Shown here: piece by piece, positions 47,235-56,261 of the stretch
How the letters are laid out: each line of letters begins with the position of its first letter
Position numbering within the stretch: the stretch's first letter is position 1
Notes under the pieces: generated by a model
The model's database searches: none
Told to the model about the DNA's origin: nothing
The model's input: only the letters and a program-made list of their open reading frames with translations
Origin: Sedimentisphaerales bacterium
GTDB lineage: Bacteria > Planctomycetota > Phycisphaerae > Sedimentisphaerales > UBA12454
Assembly: GCA_049518795.1 (NCBI GenBank)
Contig: JBEKRK010000002.1
Span: forward strand, 564,146-628,145
Reading direction: 5' to 3'
Length of the DNA stretch: 64,000 bases
Made by a program: the position numbers and the translations under genes

Positions 47235-48708
47235 CAGTATTTTCTGGTTTTGGCAGAATTTGAGCTGTTGTAATTCACGAAGAAATACCGCAGAGCGTCA
47301 ATTGGATGGTCGTAAATACCGTCCTTTAAAGGCAATTCTTCCGCACCTTCCTGCGGATAATGATAACACTGCATAGCCTCAATAAGCCTGCCGCAGCGAG
47401 GACTGATAACAAAATTGCTTCGTCCATCGCCGCTGCGCAAAGCCCTGCGAATAAGCTCTATTCCTTCCAATATCGAACTGCGTTTATAACGAAGTATTAC
47501 GCTGGCCTTTCTTAATTGAAAAACAGGACTTGTGCCTGTAACATCATTTACGCCAGCTCCCGCAGGGTCGCAAAAAGTAGCAATAATCCGCTCTTCGCTG
47601 AAAGGTATCCTGTTTTTTATCTCGTCAGCGTGAACGTCAATCGTCTGCCTGCTTTGGACATATTCATCAATGACGCGAACAGTTCCATTTCCGTCAATCT
47701 GAATCCACAAACATACAAACGGATTGACAAAGCCAAAGTCAATCGCGCGATACAGCGGCAAAGCCGGATTATAATCGACAGACGCAATGTGCACGTCAGG
47801 CTCGAATTCCGCAAAGACAACGTTTTCAAGCGATGGCCGAAGACAAAGCATTTCAGACTCAAAGGCGGCTCTGCTGCTCCGCCGCATCTGTGCCAGAACG
47901 TCATCTATCTTCAAATAGCCTGACGCTTTTCTCGCTCTGCCCCGGCAATCGTTATTCAGCGGACATCTTGAGCAGCTTCTGTCCGGCGGACAATTTTCAA
48001 TAACTTCCCAGACGCACCATTTGAAAATCGGCGTTCCGCAGGAAGAGGCCTTGCCGACAAGCTCGTGCATAATGCCGAAAGGCTGATGCATCGTGCTAAG
48101 CGATTCTATTGCACCGACAATTTCATTAGTGCTTTTGGTAACGAACTTTGCCGCTTCGAGAATCTGCCTGTCGAAAAGCTCAACCTCATCACAACGTAAT
48201 TTCTGGATATGACTGCCGCGAACGGAAGCCGCCGATTGGGTGAGAACTTCGACATCTGAGCCGTTAAGGAAGCTGCATTTATTTTTATGAACAGGTTCGG
48301 AAAGAAAACCTTCAAAACCTTTTCTTAAAAATTCGAGCAGGTAATCGAACATTCTTTGAGCCTGCAATTCACTGCCGGCGAGGATTCTAACTTTACAGTC
48401 AGGCTTAAAGATACAATCCAGCAGCGTAGCAACAGCGGCCAAAAGTGTCTTTCCGCCTCCGCGGCCTGCCCAGACGACACAATCCTTTGAGATTTGAGAT
48501 TTGAAATTTCAGAGAAGCAATGCTAAAGATAATCCATCGGCGTATTATGTTCAGGACAGATTTTTGCCTCGCCGATGTCAAGGCCGAGAAAGACTTTGAG
48601 ATAATTTTTTAAATCGGTTCTTGTCAGCGGTCTTGTTTTTTTAAGAGTTTGGTAAAAACTATTTGCTTTTAAAAGATGCTGCGGAGATAGAATGATTGAG
48701 TTGTGCAT
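47234..48708 (-). pseudogene. phage terminase large subunit, interrupted near the N-terminus (fragments 48523..48708 and 47234..48508)
   Basis: Own upstream extension of the 402-aa ORF reads NFKSQISKDCVVWAGRGGGKTLLAAVATLL. The Walker A (GRGGGKT) therefore lies upstream of the only usable start codon. A 61-aa ORF ending ...CPEHNTPMDYL lies upstream in another frame. A family-4 repeat sits at the junction. Confidence 0.65.
48488..48514. repeat. family-4 repeat at the terminase break point
   Basis: tgagatttgagatttgaaatttcagag. Confidence 0.75.
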
Positions 48709-48747
48709 AGTGAATTCCTTTAAGAGGTTGTAGATTTAAAATGAATT

Positions 48748-48824
48748 GAGTTATCAGTTATCGGTAACTCGGTTATCAGTAACCAAATATAAACTGATAA
48801 CCGATAACTGAATTACCGATAACT
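48748..48824. repeat. long imperfect inverted repeat built from TTATCGGTAAC-like units
   Basis: The left arm gagttatcagttatcggtaactcggttatcagtaacc pairs with the right arm aactgataaccgataactgaattaccgataact. Lies between the GH30 stop and the terminase fragment. Confidence 0.7.
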
Positions 48825-48828
48825 ATTT

Positions 48829-51800
48829 TTACTGCCAGCAGTCAGCCGGATTAGCCAGGCCGCACTGGAGCCAGGTGTCGGCTATATTTTTAAGAGTAAG
48901 ATGATTTGCCTGCGAACCTGTGAAACTAGCGCCGAGCGCGACAATATCGAAGAAATCAACCTGACAATCGTGGTTCAAATCGCCTGCCGGCGGATTAGAA
49001 CAGGATGAGGTATTTCCGGTCAGTGCAACGGTTACAATGGACTTGGCAGGAAGGGTTACAGACACACCTTCCTCGTATTCTCCGATGAGGGCGCAGTTTT
49101 CAGTTGCGATTGTTCTATAAATCTTTCCGCTTACGGCGTTGAAATTGCCGAGAGAACTAATGTCCAGCGTAGTAAAATTATAGGAAGGATTGATTATCAC
49201 AATACTTATCTGATTATTGTTGGGACTGATATAAGCCGATATTCTCAGGTTGGGGTCTGTTGTTGAGGCTTCGATGCGCTGCCAGTTGGGGTCTGTAAAG
49301 GCAGAATAGTGCTTAAAGGCATAATAGACGGGATTGATGGTCCAGCTTGTTGGAGTGATCATAACTAAACCTTGAGGTGCACTATAGGCCAACTCCCAAT
49401 ACATATATGACGATGCTCCCTCAACAACGAGCGAGTTATGCATCATAAGAGCCAGATTCATAGAATCGGTGAAGGTAAGAGGAACCACATCTCCCTTTGA
49501 GAATTCTGTCTGCATCCGCGGTTTATCATTGAAAGCCGTTGCGAAGTTGGTCATAGCCGGAATATAGGCATCGGGGTTGTCCACGCCGCCGCCGCCATTA
49601 TAAAGGTGATGGTCGTAGCCGTAAACCGGCGACCTGTCAATAAGGGCGTTTATGTAATCGGCCAAACTGATAAAGCCTGCTGTTTCCGGCGCCAGCATTT
49701 TGGGCGGATTCGGCAAAGTTGCAATCTTGACGGAAAAAGCGTCAAAGGCCTGGTCGTAACCTGCAACTGCACCATTCTCTGTCGGGTCAAATCTGCACGA
49801 ATCCCAGGCGGCATCATAGTCGGGTTCATTTTGCATACTTACATAGTCTGGTGATATTCCCAAACTTCTGTAATAAACTATACTGTCATACCACCATTGC
49901 GCATAATCGTTATACCTGTAATTGCCGTATTCGTCTCTTGCAAGTGTTGCGTTTCCGCCGCCGTTTAGGGCGCCGTTGCTTTTGAGGTTTGCTGACGGAG
50001 CCCAGGAGCAAAGCAGAATTTTTAGTGGTCTGCCTGTTCGTGCCCTGCCTGCTGCTATTGTCTGGGCTGAATTAGTTATATAATTGTCGCCGTATCCGTA
50101 GGTATTTCTCAAGCGGAGTATGTCAAGCCCCAAATCGCCGAAGATGACATCAAAGATAGCCGGATTGTAATTGCCAAGAGCTACGATTCCATTTCCGGAC
50201 CAGGTGTTAGAGGCGCCGAAGCCTTCAAGCACCTGATAGCGTATAGATGCGTCGGCCTGACCATCGACATAGAAAGGAGTATATTTGACAGTTCCATAAT
50301 CGAATTTTCCGCTTGAATCGGCACATCTGCCTGTAACATACACTTCATCGCCGCTGACTGCAATCGCCGTTGCGATGTCCATTTGAGAAGCAGGGCCGTT
50401 GTAACTCATCTTCCAAAACATTGTGCCATCTGGGCCATAACATATTGTAAGATAGTCCATCGAGCTGCCTTCGGTGCTTCTGCCGGCAACATAAACATTG
50501 CCCCGGCTATCGGCAGCAATCGCTTCGGTGTAATCGGTTGAATTGCCTGTGCCGTTATATCTGGAAGCCCACACCTGAGCTCCTGTTTGCGAATTATATT
50601 TCACAGTAGCTGCATCCGCACTGGTTGTGCCCTGGCTGTATCCCGTTACAGCGACATTACCGTCTGAAGTAAGAGTGATTGCATAAGACTCATCCCAGCC
50701 CCAAGCTGTGCCGGTATAGGAAGCTGTCCAGAGCAAATTGCCGTCCGGCGCATACTTGATTGTTATATAATCGGAGTCGGTCGCAGTCTCGACAGAACCG
50801 GTAACATAGGCATTGCCGGCAGAATCAACCGCTATCGCCTCCAGCAGGTCCCAGCCGTTGGCAGGGCCGTTATAAGTTTTGGCCCACAGTAAGTTTCCTG
50901 CCGATGAATATTTTAAAACCAGACAATCCTGGTCAGTGCCGATGCCTGCTGATTCTCCGCATGCATAAACATTGCCGCTTGCGTCAAGGGCAAGGCTATA
51001 AAGCGAATCATAGCCGTTTGCCGAACCATTATAGATTTTCGTCCAAGCGACATTGCCGTCAGGCGTGAACTTTACTATCAGGCAGTCTCCGTTTCTTTCG
51101 CCAATTGCATAAATATTCCTGCTTGAATCAACCGCGACATCGTAAAATATATCGTCGCCGGTGCCTGAATAATTGTATGCTTTTGCCCAGAGCTGATTTC
51201 CGGATGATGTGTATTTGACGATTATTCCGTCATAACCAGTTGTTGTGTAACTGCATCCTGCGACAACAATATCTGAATTTGCGTCAACGGCCATCGCAGT
51301 GGCATAATCAGTATAAGAACCGGGATTATTATATGTCCTTGTCCAGACAGGAGTTCCGTCGGGCGAGTATTTTATTGTAGCAAAGTCGTAATTTGTGCCT
51401 GTATTTTTCGCGTAGCCCGTAACATACACGTTGCCTGCTGAGTCGAGCGCGATATCCTGTGCATAATCAGAGCCGGTAGCGCTGCCGCTGTATTGCTGCA
51501 TCCAGCAGAATTGTGCCTTGACCGAATTATCAACTGGCGGAGGCGGAACATATTGGGTAACCGCTACATTTGCGTCATCGACATAGAAATTTACGCCTAT
51601 TGCCGGTCCTTCAAAATAAACATATAAGACGGATATATTTCCCGGAGCGGTCAATGTGTAATTTCCAGAAAGATAGACCCAGCCGGTGTTATTGGCTGTT
51701 CCACTGGCAACACCATCATAACTTGTTACGCCATCGACAGTTTTCTGAATGGTTATTCTCACAGTATCACTGGCTGCGTTGTTGAGTCTGACCCAGGCGG

Positions 51801-52074
51801 AAATTGTGCAGGAGTTTCCGTCCTTTAATTTGCCTAAAAGAGATTGCTGGAGTCCCTGCCAGGTTGCGGTTCTGTCGCTTGCCTTTCCGCTGTAAGAACC
51901 ATTGCGATGTTGTTCGTTTGTATATGCGAATGTGCAGTTTCGGCGAACCCAGTTACCGTCGGCAATGTTCTCAAAGCCGGGATTTATAAGCAGGTTGGTA
52001 TCGCTGTAACAAAGCGAAAACGTTGATAAAATAACTGCGAAAAACGAATAAACAGAAAATCTTCTAACGGACAT
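48829..52074 (-). CDS. secreted multidomain glycoside hydrolase: CBM4/9-like + SBBP-type beta-propeller repeats + GH30-like catalytic domain + dockerin-like tail
   Basis: Signal peptide. NLLINPGFE...WVRL CBM-like module. About 8 repeats of DxxGNVYVTG...TIKYxxDGxxxW. YQVLEGFGAS, SMQNEPD and QTEF GH30-type motifs. C-terminal GDLNHDCQVDFFD. Confidence 0.75.
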   Translation of the reverse strand: MSVRRFSVYSFFAVILSTFSLCYSDTNLLINPGFENIADGNWVRRNCTFAYTNEQHRNGSYSGKASDRTATWQGLQQSLLGKLKDGNSCTISAWVRLNNAASDTVRITIQKTVDGVTSYDGVASGTANNTGWVYLSGNYTLTAPGNISVLYVYFEGPAIGVNFYVDDANVAVTQYVPPPPVDNSVKAQFCWMQQYSGSATGSDYAQDIALDSAGNVYVTGYAKNTGTNYDFATIKYSPDGTPVWTRTYNNPGSYTDYATAMAVDANSDIVVAGCSYTTTGYDGIIVKYTSSGNQLWAKAYNYSGTGDDIFYDVAVDSSRNIYAIGERNGDCLIVKFTPDGNVAWTKIYNGSANGYDSLYSLALDASGNVYACGESAGIGTDQDCLVLKYSSAGNLLWAKTYNGPANGWDLLEAIAVDSAGNAYVTGSVETATDSDYITIKYAPDGNLLWTASYTGTAWGWDESYAITLTSDGNVAVTGYSQGTTSADAATVKYNSQTGAQVWASRYNGTGNSTDYTEAIAADSRGNVYVAGRSTEGSSMDYLTICYGPDGTMFWKMSYNGPASQMDIATAIAVSGDEVYVTGRCADSSGKFDYGTVKYTPFYVDGQADASIRYQVLEGFGASNTWSGNGIVALGNYNPAIFDVIFGDLGLDILRLRNTYGYGDNYITNSAQTIAAGRARTGRPLKILLCSWAPSANLKSNGALNGGGNATLARDEYGNYRYNDYAQWWYDSIVYYRSLGISPDYVSMQNEPDYDAAWDSCRFDPTENGAVAGYDQAFDAFSVKIATLPNPPKMLAPETAGFISLADYINALIDRSPVYGYDHHLYNGGGGVDNPDAYIPAMTNFATAFNDKPRMQTEFSKGDVVPLTFTDSMNLALMMHNSLVVEGASSYMYWELAYSAPQGLVMITPTSWTINPVYYAFKHYSAFTDPNWQRIEASTTDPNLRISAYISPNNNQISIVIINPSYNFTTLDISSLGNFNAVSGKIYRTIATENCALIGEYEEGVSVTLPAKSIVTVALTGNTSSCSNPPAGDLNHDCQVDFFDIVALGASFTGSQANHLTLKNIADTWLQCGLANPADCWQ

Positions 52075-52216
52075 TCCGTCCTCCTGATTGAAAATTGCAC
52101 CGGTTAGACCGTCGATTCCTTGAATTTTCGGCAGTATCTAACACGGCTAAAAATTTATGAAGGTCCTTCTTCCTGCCTGCCTCGGCTCGACGTTGAGTCG
52201 AGACGGGTTGAAATGT

Positions 52217-52246
52217 CGGGGGTAAACACACAGATTCGCCCCTAAT
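52217..52246. repeat. family-2 repeat, half copy
   Basis: gggggtaaacacacagattcgcccctaa. Confidence 0.5.
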
Positions 52247-52320
52247 TTTCAGGTATTATACCATAGAATGGCTTAAAAATCAAGTTTTTAACCGTCAATA
52301 AGCTGCTTTTATTACAGAAC

Positions 52321-52350
52321 TTGCACAAAATGCTGTTTTTATGGTATATT
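52321..52350 (+). promoter_or_regulatory. promoter candidate for RNase P RNA (TTGCAC-N18-TATATT with TG extension)
   Basis: ttgcac at 52321-52326 and tggtatatt ending at 52350, about 25 nt upstream of the predicted mature 5' end. Confidence 0.4.
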
Positions 52351-52375
52351 ATGCTTTGCTGATAAAGATTTTTTT

Positions 52376-52769
52376 GTCTGGCTGGTCGAGCGGCCGCCCC
52401 CTCAGCTTCTTGCGAAGCAAGAGAGGGGGAGGAAAGTCCGGGCAGGACAGGGCACAGCGATGGCTAACGGCCACTATGAGATTTCAAATTTGAGATTTCA
52501 GAAGGAAAGTGCCACAGAAAATACACCGCCAATTTGAGATTTGAGATTTCAAATTTGAGATTGGTAAGGGTGAAAAGGTGCGGTAAGAGCGCACCGCGGT
52601 TCTGGCGACAGAACCGGCAGGGCAAACCCCGCTGCCTGCAAGACCAAGTATGCCGGTATGCTTTGCCCGAGCGTTAATCCGGCGGGTAGGTCGCTTGAGA
52701 TTGTCGGCAACGGCAGTCCTTAGAGAAATGGTCGCATAAAACAGAACCCGGCTTACGGACCTGCCAGAC
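52376..52769 (+). ncRNA. rnpB: RNase P RNA, bacterial type A
   Basis: GAGGAAAGTCCGGGC (P4), GTGCCACAGAAAATACACCGCC, GGTAAGGGTGAAAAGGTGCGGTAAGAGCGCACC, GGGTAGGTCGCTTGAG, ACAGAACCCGGCTTAC. P1 pairing of gtctggctggtc with gacctgccagac. Confidence 0.92.
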
Positions 52770-52888
52770 AAAAAATTCAAAAGTGTAGAACCACGACACG
52801 GGGAATAAATTTTTTCATTTTCTTCTTTTTTTTTCGTTCGATTATAGGATAAGAAGAGGCAGATTTTCTTATAAGCAGGGATTTGGCG

Positions 52889-54232
52889 ATGGTAAGGAAA
52901 CTGGTTTTTGCAGCGTTTGTTATAGGGTTTTGTTTTTGTCCAATGCTGCGCGGAGAGGAGAAAACTGCTGATGATGCCGCTAAAAAGGTAACCGACCTCA
53001 AACATCCAACCGACTGGCTTGAACTTGGCGGAGATTTTCGTTTCCGGTTTGCGTATGATAATGCCCGCAATCTCGACAATAAAGCTTTCGGACACGAGAG
53101 AATCCAAATGCGTTTTCGCGCAAGAGTGCAGGCGAAGATAAGATTAACCGACGACCTTGACTTTAATATACGGCTTATGACAGAGCCGCGATATTATATC
53201 AGGGCTGAGGCAGAGCCGCACCATTGGGCATATAACGAGGCGCTGTTCGATAAGTTAAACCTGACATGGAGAAACGCGTTCGATTTGCCAATGACGATAG
53301 TCGCCGGCAGGCAGGAAATAATACTCGGCAGCGGCTGGCTCGTTTGTGACGGCACACCGTTAGACGGCGGCAGAACCGCTTACTTTGATGCTCTGCGATT
53401 CACATATAATATTGATTCCAACACCACGGCAGATGTCATATTGATTGACAATCACGCCGACAGCGCGAAATGGTTCAAACCCTTTAACGACAGGGACATC
53501 GACCTTTCGGAACAGGACGAGCGGGGAGCCATATTGTATTTTAACAAGAAAACCTCGAAAGATTCCGGCATTGACCTGTATTTAATTTACAAACACGACG
53601 CTCATCGAATCGTAAGCAGCGGCTCTGAAGGCGAAATTTACACACTCGGCACCAGATTCTACGGCAAATTAAACGACCACTGGCAATACAGTGCCGAATT
53701 TGCGCCGCAATTCGGGCACAAAAACGGCAAAAGTCTCGGCGCATTCGGAACAAACAATCAGTTGATTTATAATTTCAACGATGAAAAGAAAAACAGGATA
53801 TATCTCGGCTACGAATATCTTTCCGGCAGCCGAGACCCCGATAAGAATTTCGACAGGGGCTGGGGACGCGTTGATACCTGGAGCTATCTATATCAGGGCA
53901 ATATCGATGCCATTGACGGCAGAGCGTATGACAATTCCAATATGCACAGGATTTACACGGACTGGGCGACTAACCTTACTGAAAAGACAGAACTGAAAAC
54001 CGGCTATGCGATTCTGTTTGCAGACGAGAACACCAATAAAGCCGGCACCGGCGGAATGAGCGAACACGGCAAATTACGCGGACATCTGCTCAGGACGGTG
54101 CTTTCATACAAGCCGACTAAAAACATAGAACACAAACTGGAAGGCGAAGTGTTTATCCCCGGCAATTTCTACAGCGACGACAGAAACGACGTCGCTGTGT
54201 TTTTCAGATATAATCTGATTTTTACCTGGTAG
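52889..54232 (+). CDS. outer-membrane beta-barrel porin (alginate-export/AlgE-like family candidate)
   Basis: Signal peptide. Alternating-strand composition. C-terminal aromatic terminus RYNLIFTW. ATG 52889 preferred over TTG 52883. Confidence 0.65.
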   Translation: MVRKLVFAAFVIGFCFCPMLRGEEKTADDAAKKVTDLKHPTDWLELGGDFRFRFAYDNARNLDNKAFGHERIQMRFRARVQAKIRLTDDLDFNIRLMTEPRYYIRAEAEPHHWAYNEALFDKLNLTWRNAFDLPMTIVAGRQEIILGSGWLVCDGTPLDGGRTAYFDALRFTYNIDSNTTADVILIDNHADSAKWFKPFNDRDIDLSEQDERGAILYFNKKTSKDSGIDLYLIYKHDAHRIVSSGSEGEIYTLGTRFYGKLNDHWQYSAEFAPQFGHKNGKSLGAFGTNNQLIYNFNDEKKNRIYLGYEYLSGSRDPDKNFDRGWGRVDTWSYLYQGNIDAIDGRAYDNSNMHRIYTDWATNLTEKTELKTGYAILFADENTNKAGTGGMSEHGKLRGHLLRTVLSYKPTKNIEHKLEGEVFIPGNFYSDDRNDVAVFFRYNLIFTW

Positions 54233-54259
54233 TCGTTTTCCACCGAATAATTGAAGTTG

Positions 54260-54922
54260 TCAGCGTCCGCCTCTGCCGCCGCCAAAACCGCCGCGTCCGC
54301 CGGGGCCTCCCGGGCCAGGCATACTTATCCCGCGCTGCTGCATTCTTGTCCGCATAGCTTCAAAAAATGCCTCGCGCTGTGCTCTTTGAAGCGGCGTTCC
54401 TCTTTCACTTCTTGCCCGCATATTCGCGGCAGTGAAATTTCTTCTGTTGCCGAATGGCTGCGGACGATTAGGGTCATTCGGCTCATTTGCATCGCGTCTG
54501 GGCGGTCGCATCCGCTCAAAATTTGTCCGCTGTGTCTGCATACGGTCAATCATCTGGTCGAGATAAGCTGTTTTCTGCTGCTCATCGGGCAGAGAAAAGT
54601 ATGTGTCCATTTGATATTCCATTACCTTTTGGCCGCCTTGGCGCATATACATAAATTGCTCACGACCCGACAGCTTCTTAAACTCATCACTATCCATATA
54701 AGCCATAATCTCCTGCGGCTTTTGCTTGTCGGGATTGGGAAGGTTACTGTCATTCCATTCTCTTCTTCGCCGACCGAAATCGTCCTCTGCTCCGTTATTG
54801 CTGCCCCTAAACATATAATACAAACCGCCGGAAGCTGAAAGGCAGACGACAATTATAACGGCTGTGATAATTGCGATCTTTTTTCTGTTTGACGGCGGAC
54901 GTCGAAGTGTGCCTTTATACAT
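54260..54922 (-). CDS. membrane-anchored periplasmic helical protein with Gly/Arg-rich tail (Spy/CpxP/ZraP-like, tentative)
   Basis: N-terminal TM helix (IAIITAVIIVVCLSASGG), Q/R/M-rich helices (LPDEQQKTAYLDQMIDRMQ), tail GPGGPGGRGGFGGGRGGR. TAATG overlap with the pseudopilin gene. Confidence 0.6.
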   Translation of the reverse strand: MYKGTLRRPPSNRKKIAIITAVIIVVCLSASGGLYYMFRGSNNGAEDDFGRRRREWNDSNLPNPDKQKPQEIMAYMDSDEFKKLSGREQFMYMRQGGQKVMEYQMDTYFSLPDEQQKTAYLDQMIDRMQTQRTNFERMRPPRRDANEPNDPNRPQPFGNRRNFTAANMRARSERGTPLQRAQREAFFEAMRTRMQQRGISMPGPGGPGGRGGFGGGRGGR

Positions 54923-55575
54923 TATTTTTTCCTTTCCCTGTCAGCTACTAATGTGTCGGCATAAAGATACATTACCGAACCTGATTTGCCGGGAGTGCCG
55001 TGGAATGAACTATAGTCTCTCAGCAGGAATATTTCGTTTAAGCCGAAACGTTTGGCAATCCAGCTTTGGTCAATATTCTGATTGTCCAATCTCGTATTAT
55101 ATTCATAACTTGAGCCTTCATCAATATAATAACAATCAGCGTCTTTTTCTTCCTGCGCTCCGGTTGTGCCCAAAAATGTTGTTCCTAAAACAGTTCCTTT
55201 GTCAGCAGGGCATTTTAGGACTTTCTGGTCACCGAGATATTTGCCGATGGCGGTATAAATGGGAATCGGATTGGTGGTTATAGGTGGTTTCACATTGGGC
55301 ATATTTGTGATTGTCGGCATAACGTTTTTGTTGTCGTCGAGATACATCCTGAAAGCAAGGGCGCAGGTGTGAAGATTTGATTTGCAGATGGTTTTTTTGG
55401 CAATCTTGCGGGTAGCGGCCAGTGCCGGCATAAGTATGCCCAGCAGCAGAGCGATAACCGATATTGCCACAAGCAGCTCAACTAAAGTAAACCCCGTTAG
55501 AAACAAAGCGCTCGTGTGCCTGCCCCAGCCTGTCCCTAACGGGGTTAAAATCGTTTTTCTATCTCTCATATCCAT
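54922..55575 (-). CDS. type II secretion pseudopilin-like protein (prepilin-type N-terminal cleavage/methylation domain)
   Basis: G/FTLVELLVAISVIALLLGILMPAL motif. Unusually long 28-aa leader encoded by a family-5 repeat. An alternative TTG start would give the leader MFLTG. Confidence 0.75.
   Translation of the reverse strand: MDMRDRKTILTPLGTGWGRHTSALFLTGFTLVELLVAISVIALLLGILMPALAATRKIAKKTICKSNLHTCALAFRMYLDDNKNVMPTITNMPNVKPPITTNPIPIYTAIGKYLGDQKVLKCPADKGTVLGTTFLGTTGAQEEKDADCYYIDEGSSYEYNTRLDNQNIDQSWIAKRFGLNEIFLLRDYSSFHGTPGKSGSVMYLYADTLVADRERKK
55490..55546. repeat. family-5 element (arms AACCCCGTTAGAAACA / TGTCCCTAACGGGGTT), intragenic
   Basis: Same terminal arms as 38710-38776 but a different interior. 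Encodes TPLGTGWGRHTSALFLTG of the pseudopilin leader. Confidence 0.7.
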
Positions 55576-55730
55576 TAACCTGTTTGCGCAGTATCAAATT
55601 TGTATTCTAACCTTATTCGGTGGTTGGTTTCCAGCACAGGTAACATAAAATTCATATTTTTCTATATTATGGACGTTTAGAGGGGCTGAAATATTGCAGC
55701 AAAATGTTTTTTTAAGGCAAATTACCTATT

Positions 55731-56153
55731 TTAACTTCCTGTTTCTGCGGCGGATTGATTTTCCTGTGCCAAAGCAGCAAGTATTTTTGAGGCGGTGGCG
55801 GGGTCAAGGCTCGGCAGTGATTCGACAAGTTGGCCGGCATCCGTTTTTAAGAGCCGGTCATTCTGCAAATTCAGAATATCCAAACAGGCCTTTCGGCTGG
55901 TCTCCTGATTTTCGCTTTGACAAAGCTGAATCAGCTTTGTCGCTGCGAAAGATGCGTATTTTGAAAGCAAAATTTCGCTGTGCAGCTTTGACAATTTTAA
56001 CCTGTCGGCAACACAATCAGAAAAATCCTTGTCTTTAAGCCAATCTTGTAAAACTGTTCGTGAGATATTGTGCTTTTGCAGGACAGCGGTTTCATCGCCG
56101 CCTGATTCAAATAAATCGTCGATAATCGCTAATTGTTCTTTTGTTAATGACAT
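55731..56153 (-). CDS. HTH protein resembling a phage terminase small subunit
   Basis: SD aaggag before ATG 56153. MSLTKEQLAIIDDLFESGGDETAVLQKHNISRTVLQDWLKDKDF follows the LTxxQxxF...G...A...G(Y/I)S pattern of TerS N-termini. The track ORF begins at 56243. Confidence 0.55.
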   Translation of the reverse strand: MSLTKEQLAIIDDLFESGGDETAVLQKHNISRTVLQDWLKDKDFSDCVADRLKLSKLHSEILLSKYASFAATKLIQLCQSENQETSRKACLDILNLQNDRLLKTDAGQLVESLPSLDPATASKILAALAQENQSAAETGS

Positions 56154-56261
56154 AGTGTTCTCCTTGAGAATATAGAAAGTGGAATAATGTAAAAGTTGGG
56201 GAATAATGCGGGCGACAGGAAACTGTCGCCCGCTGTGTATCATTTTAAAAACGTATTTAAA

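Noticed and set aside
52477-52562. The repetitive gagatttgagatttcaaattt strings, and those at 27631 and 48488, as a possible CRISPR array.
   Set aside because: The units are 7-15 nt, overlapping and self-complementary. There are no unique spacers, no regular 28-37-nt repeat, and no cas genes.
52484-53107. 207-aa and 100-aa minus-strand ORFs.
   Set aside because: They overlap the clearly recognisable RNase P RNA and the start of the porin gene, and have no SD or protein-like composition.
54251-54838. 195-aa plus-strand ORF antisense to 54260..54922.
   Set aside because: It has Cys/His/Leu-rich composition of random appearance and no SD. The minus-strand frame has a TM anchor, a helical domain and translational coupling to the pseudopilin gene. 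Not fully excluded.
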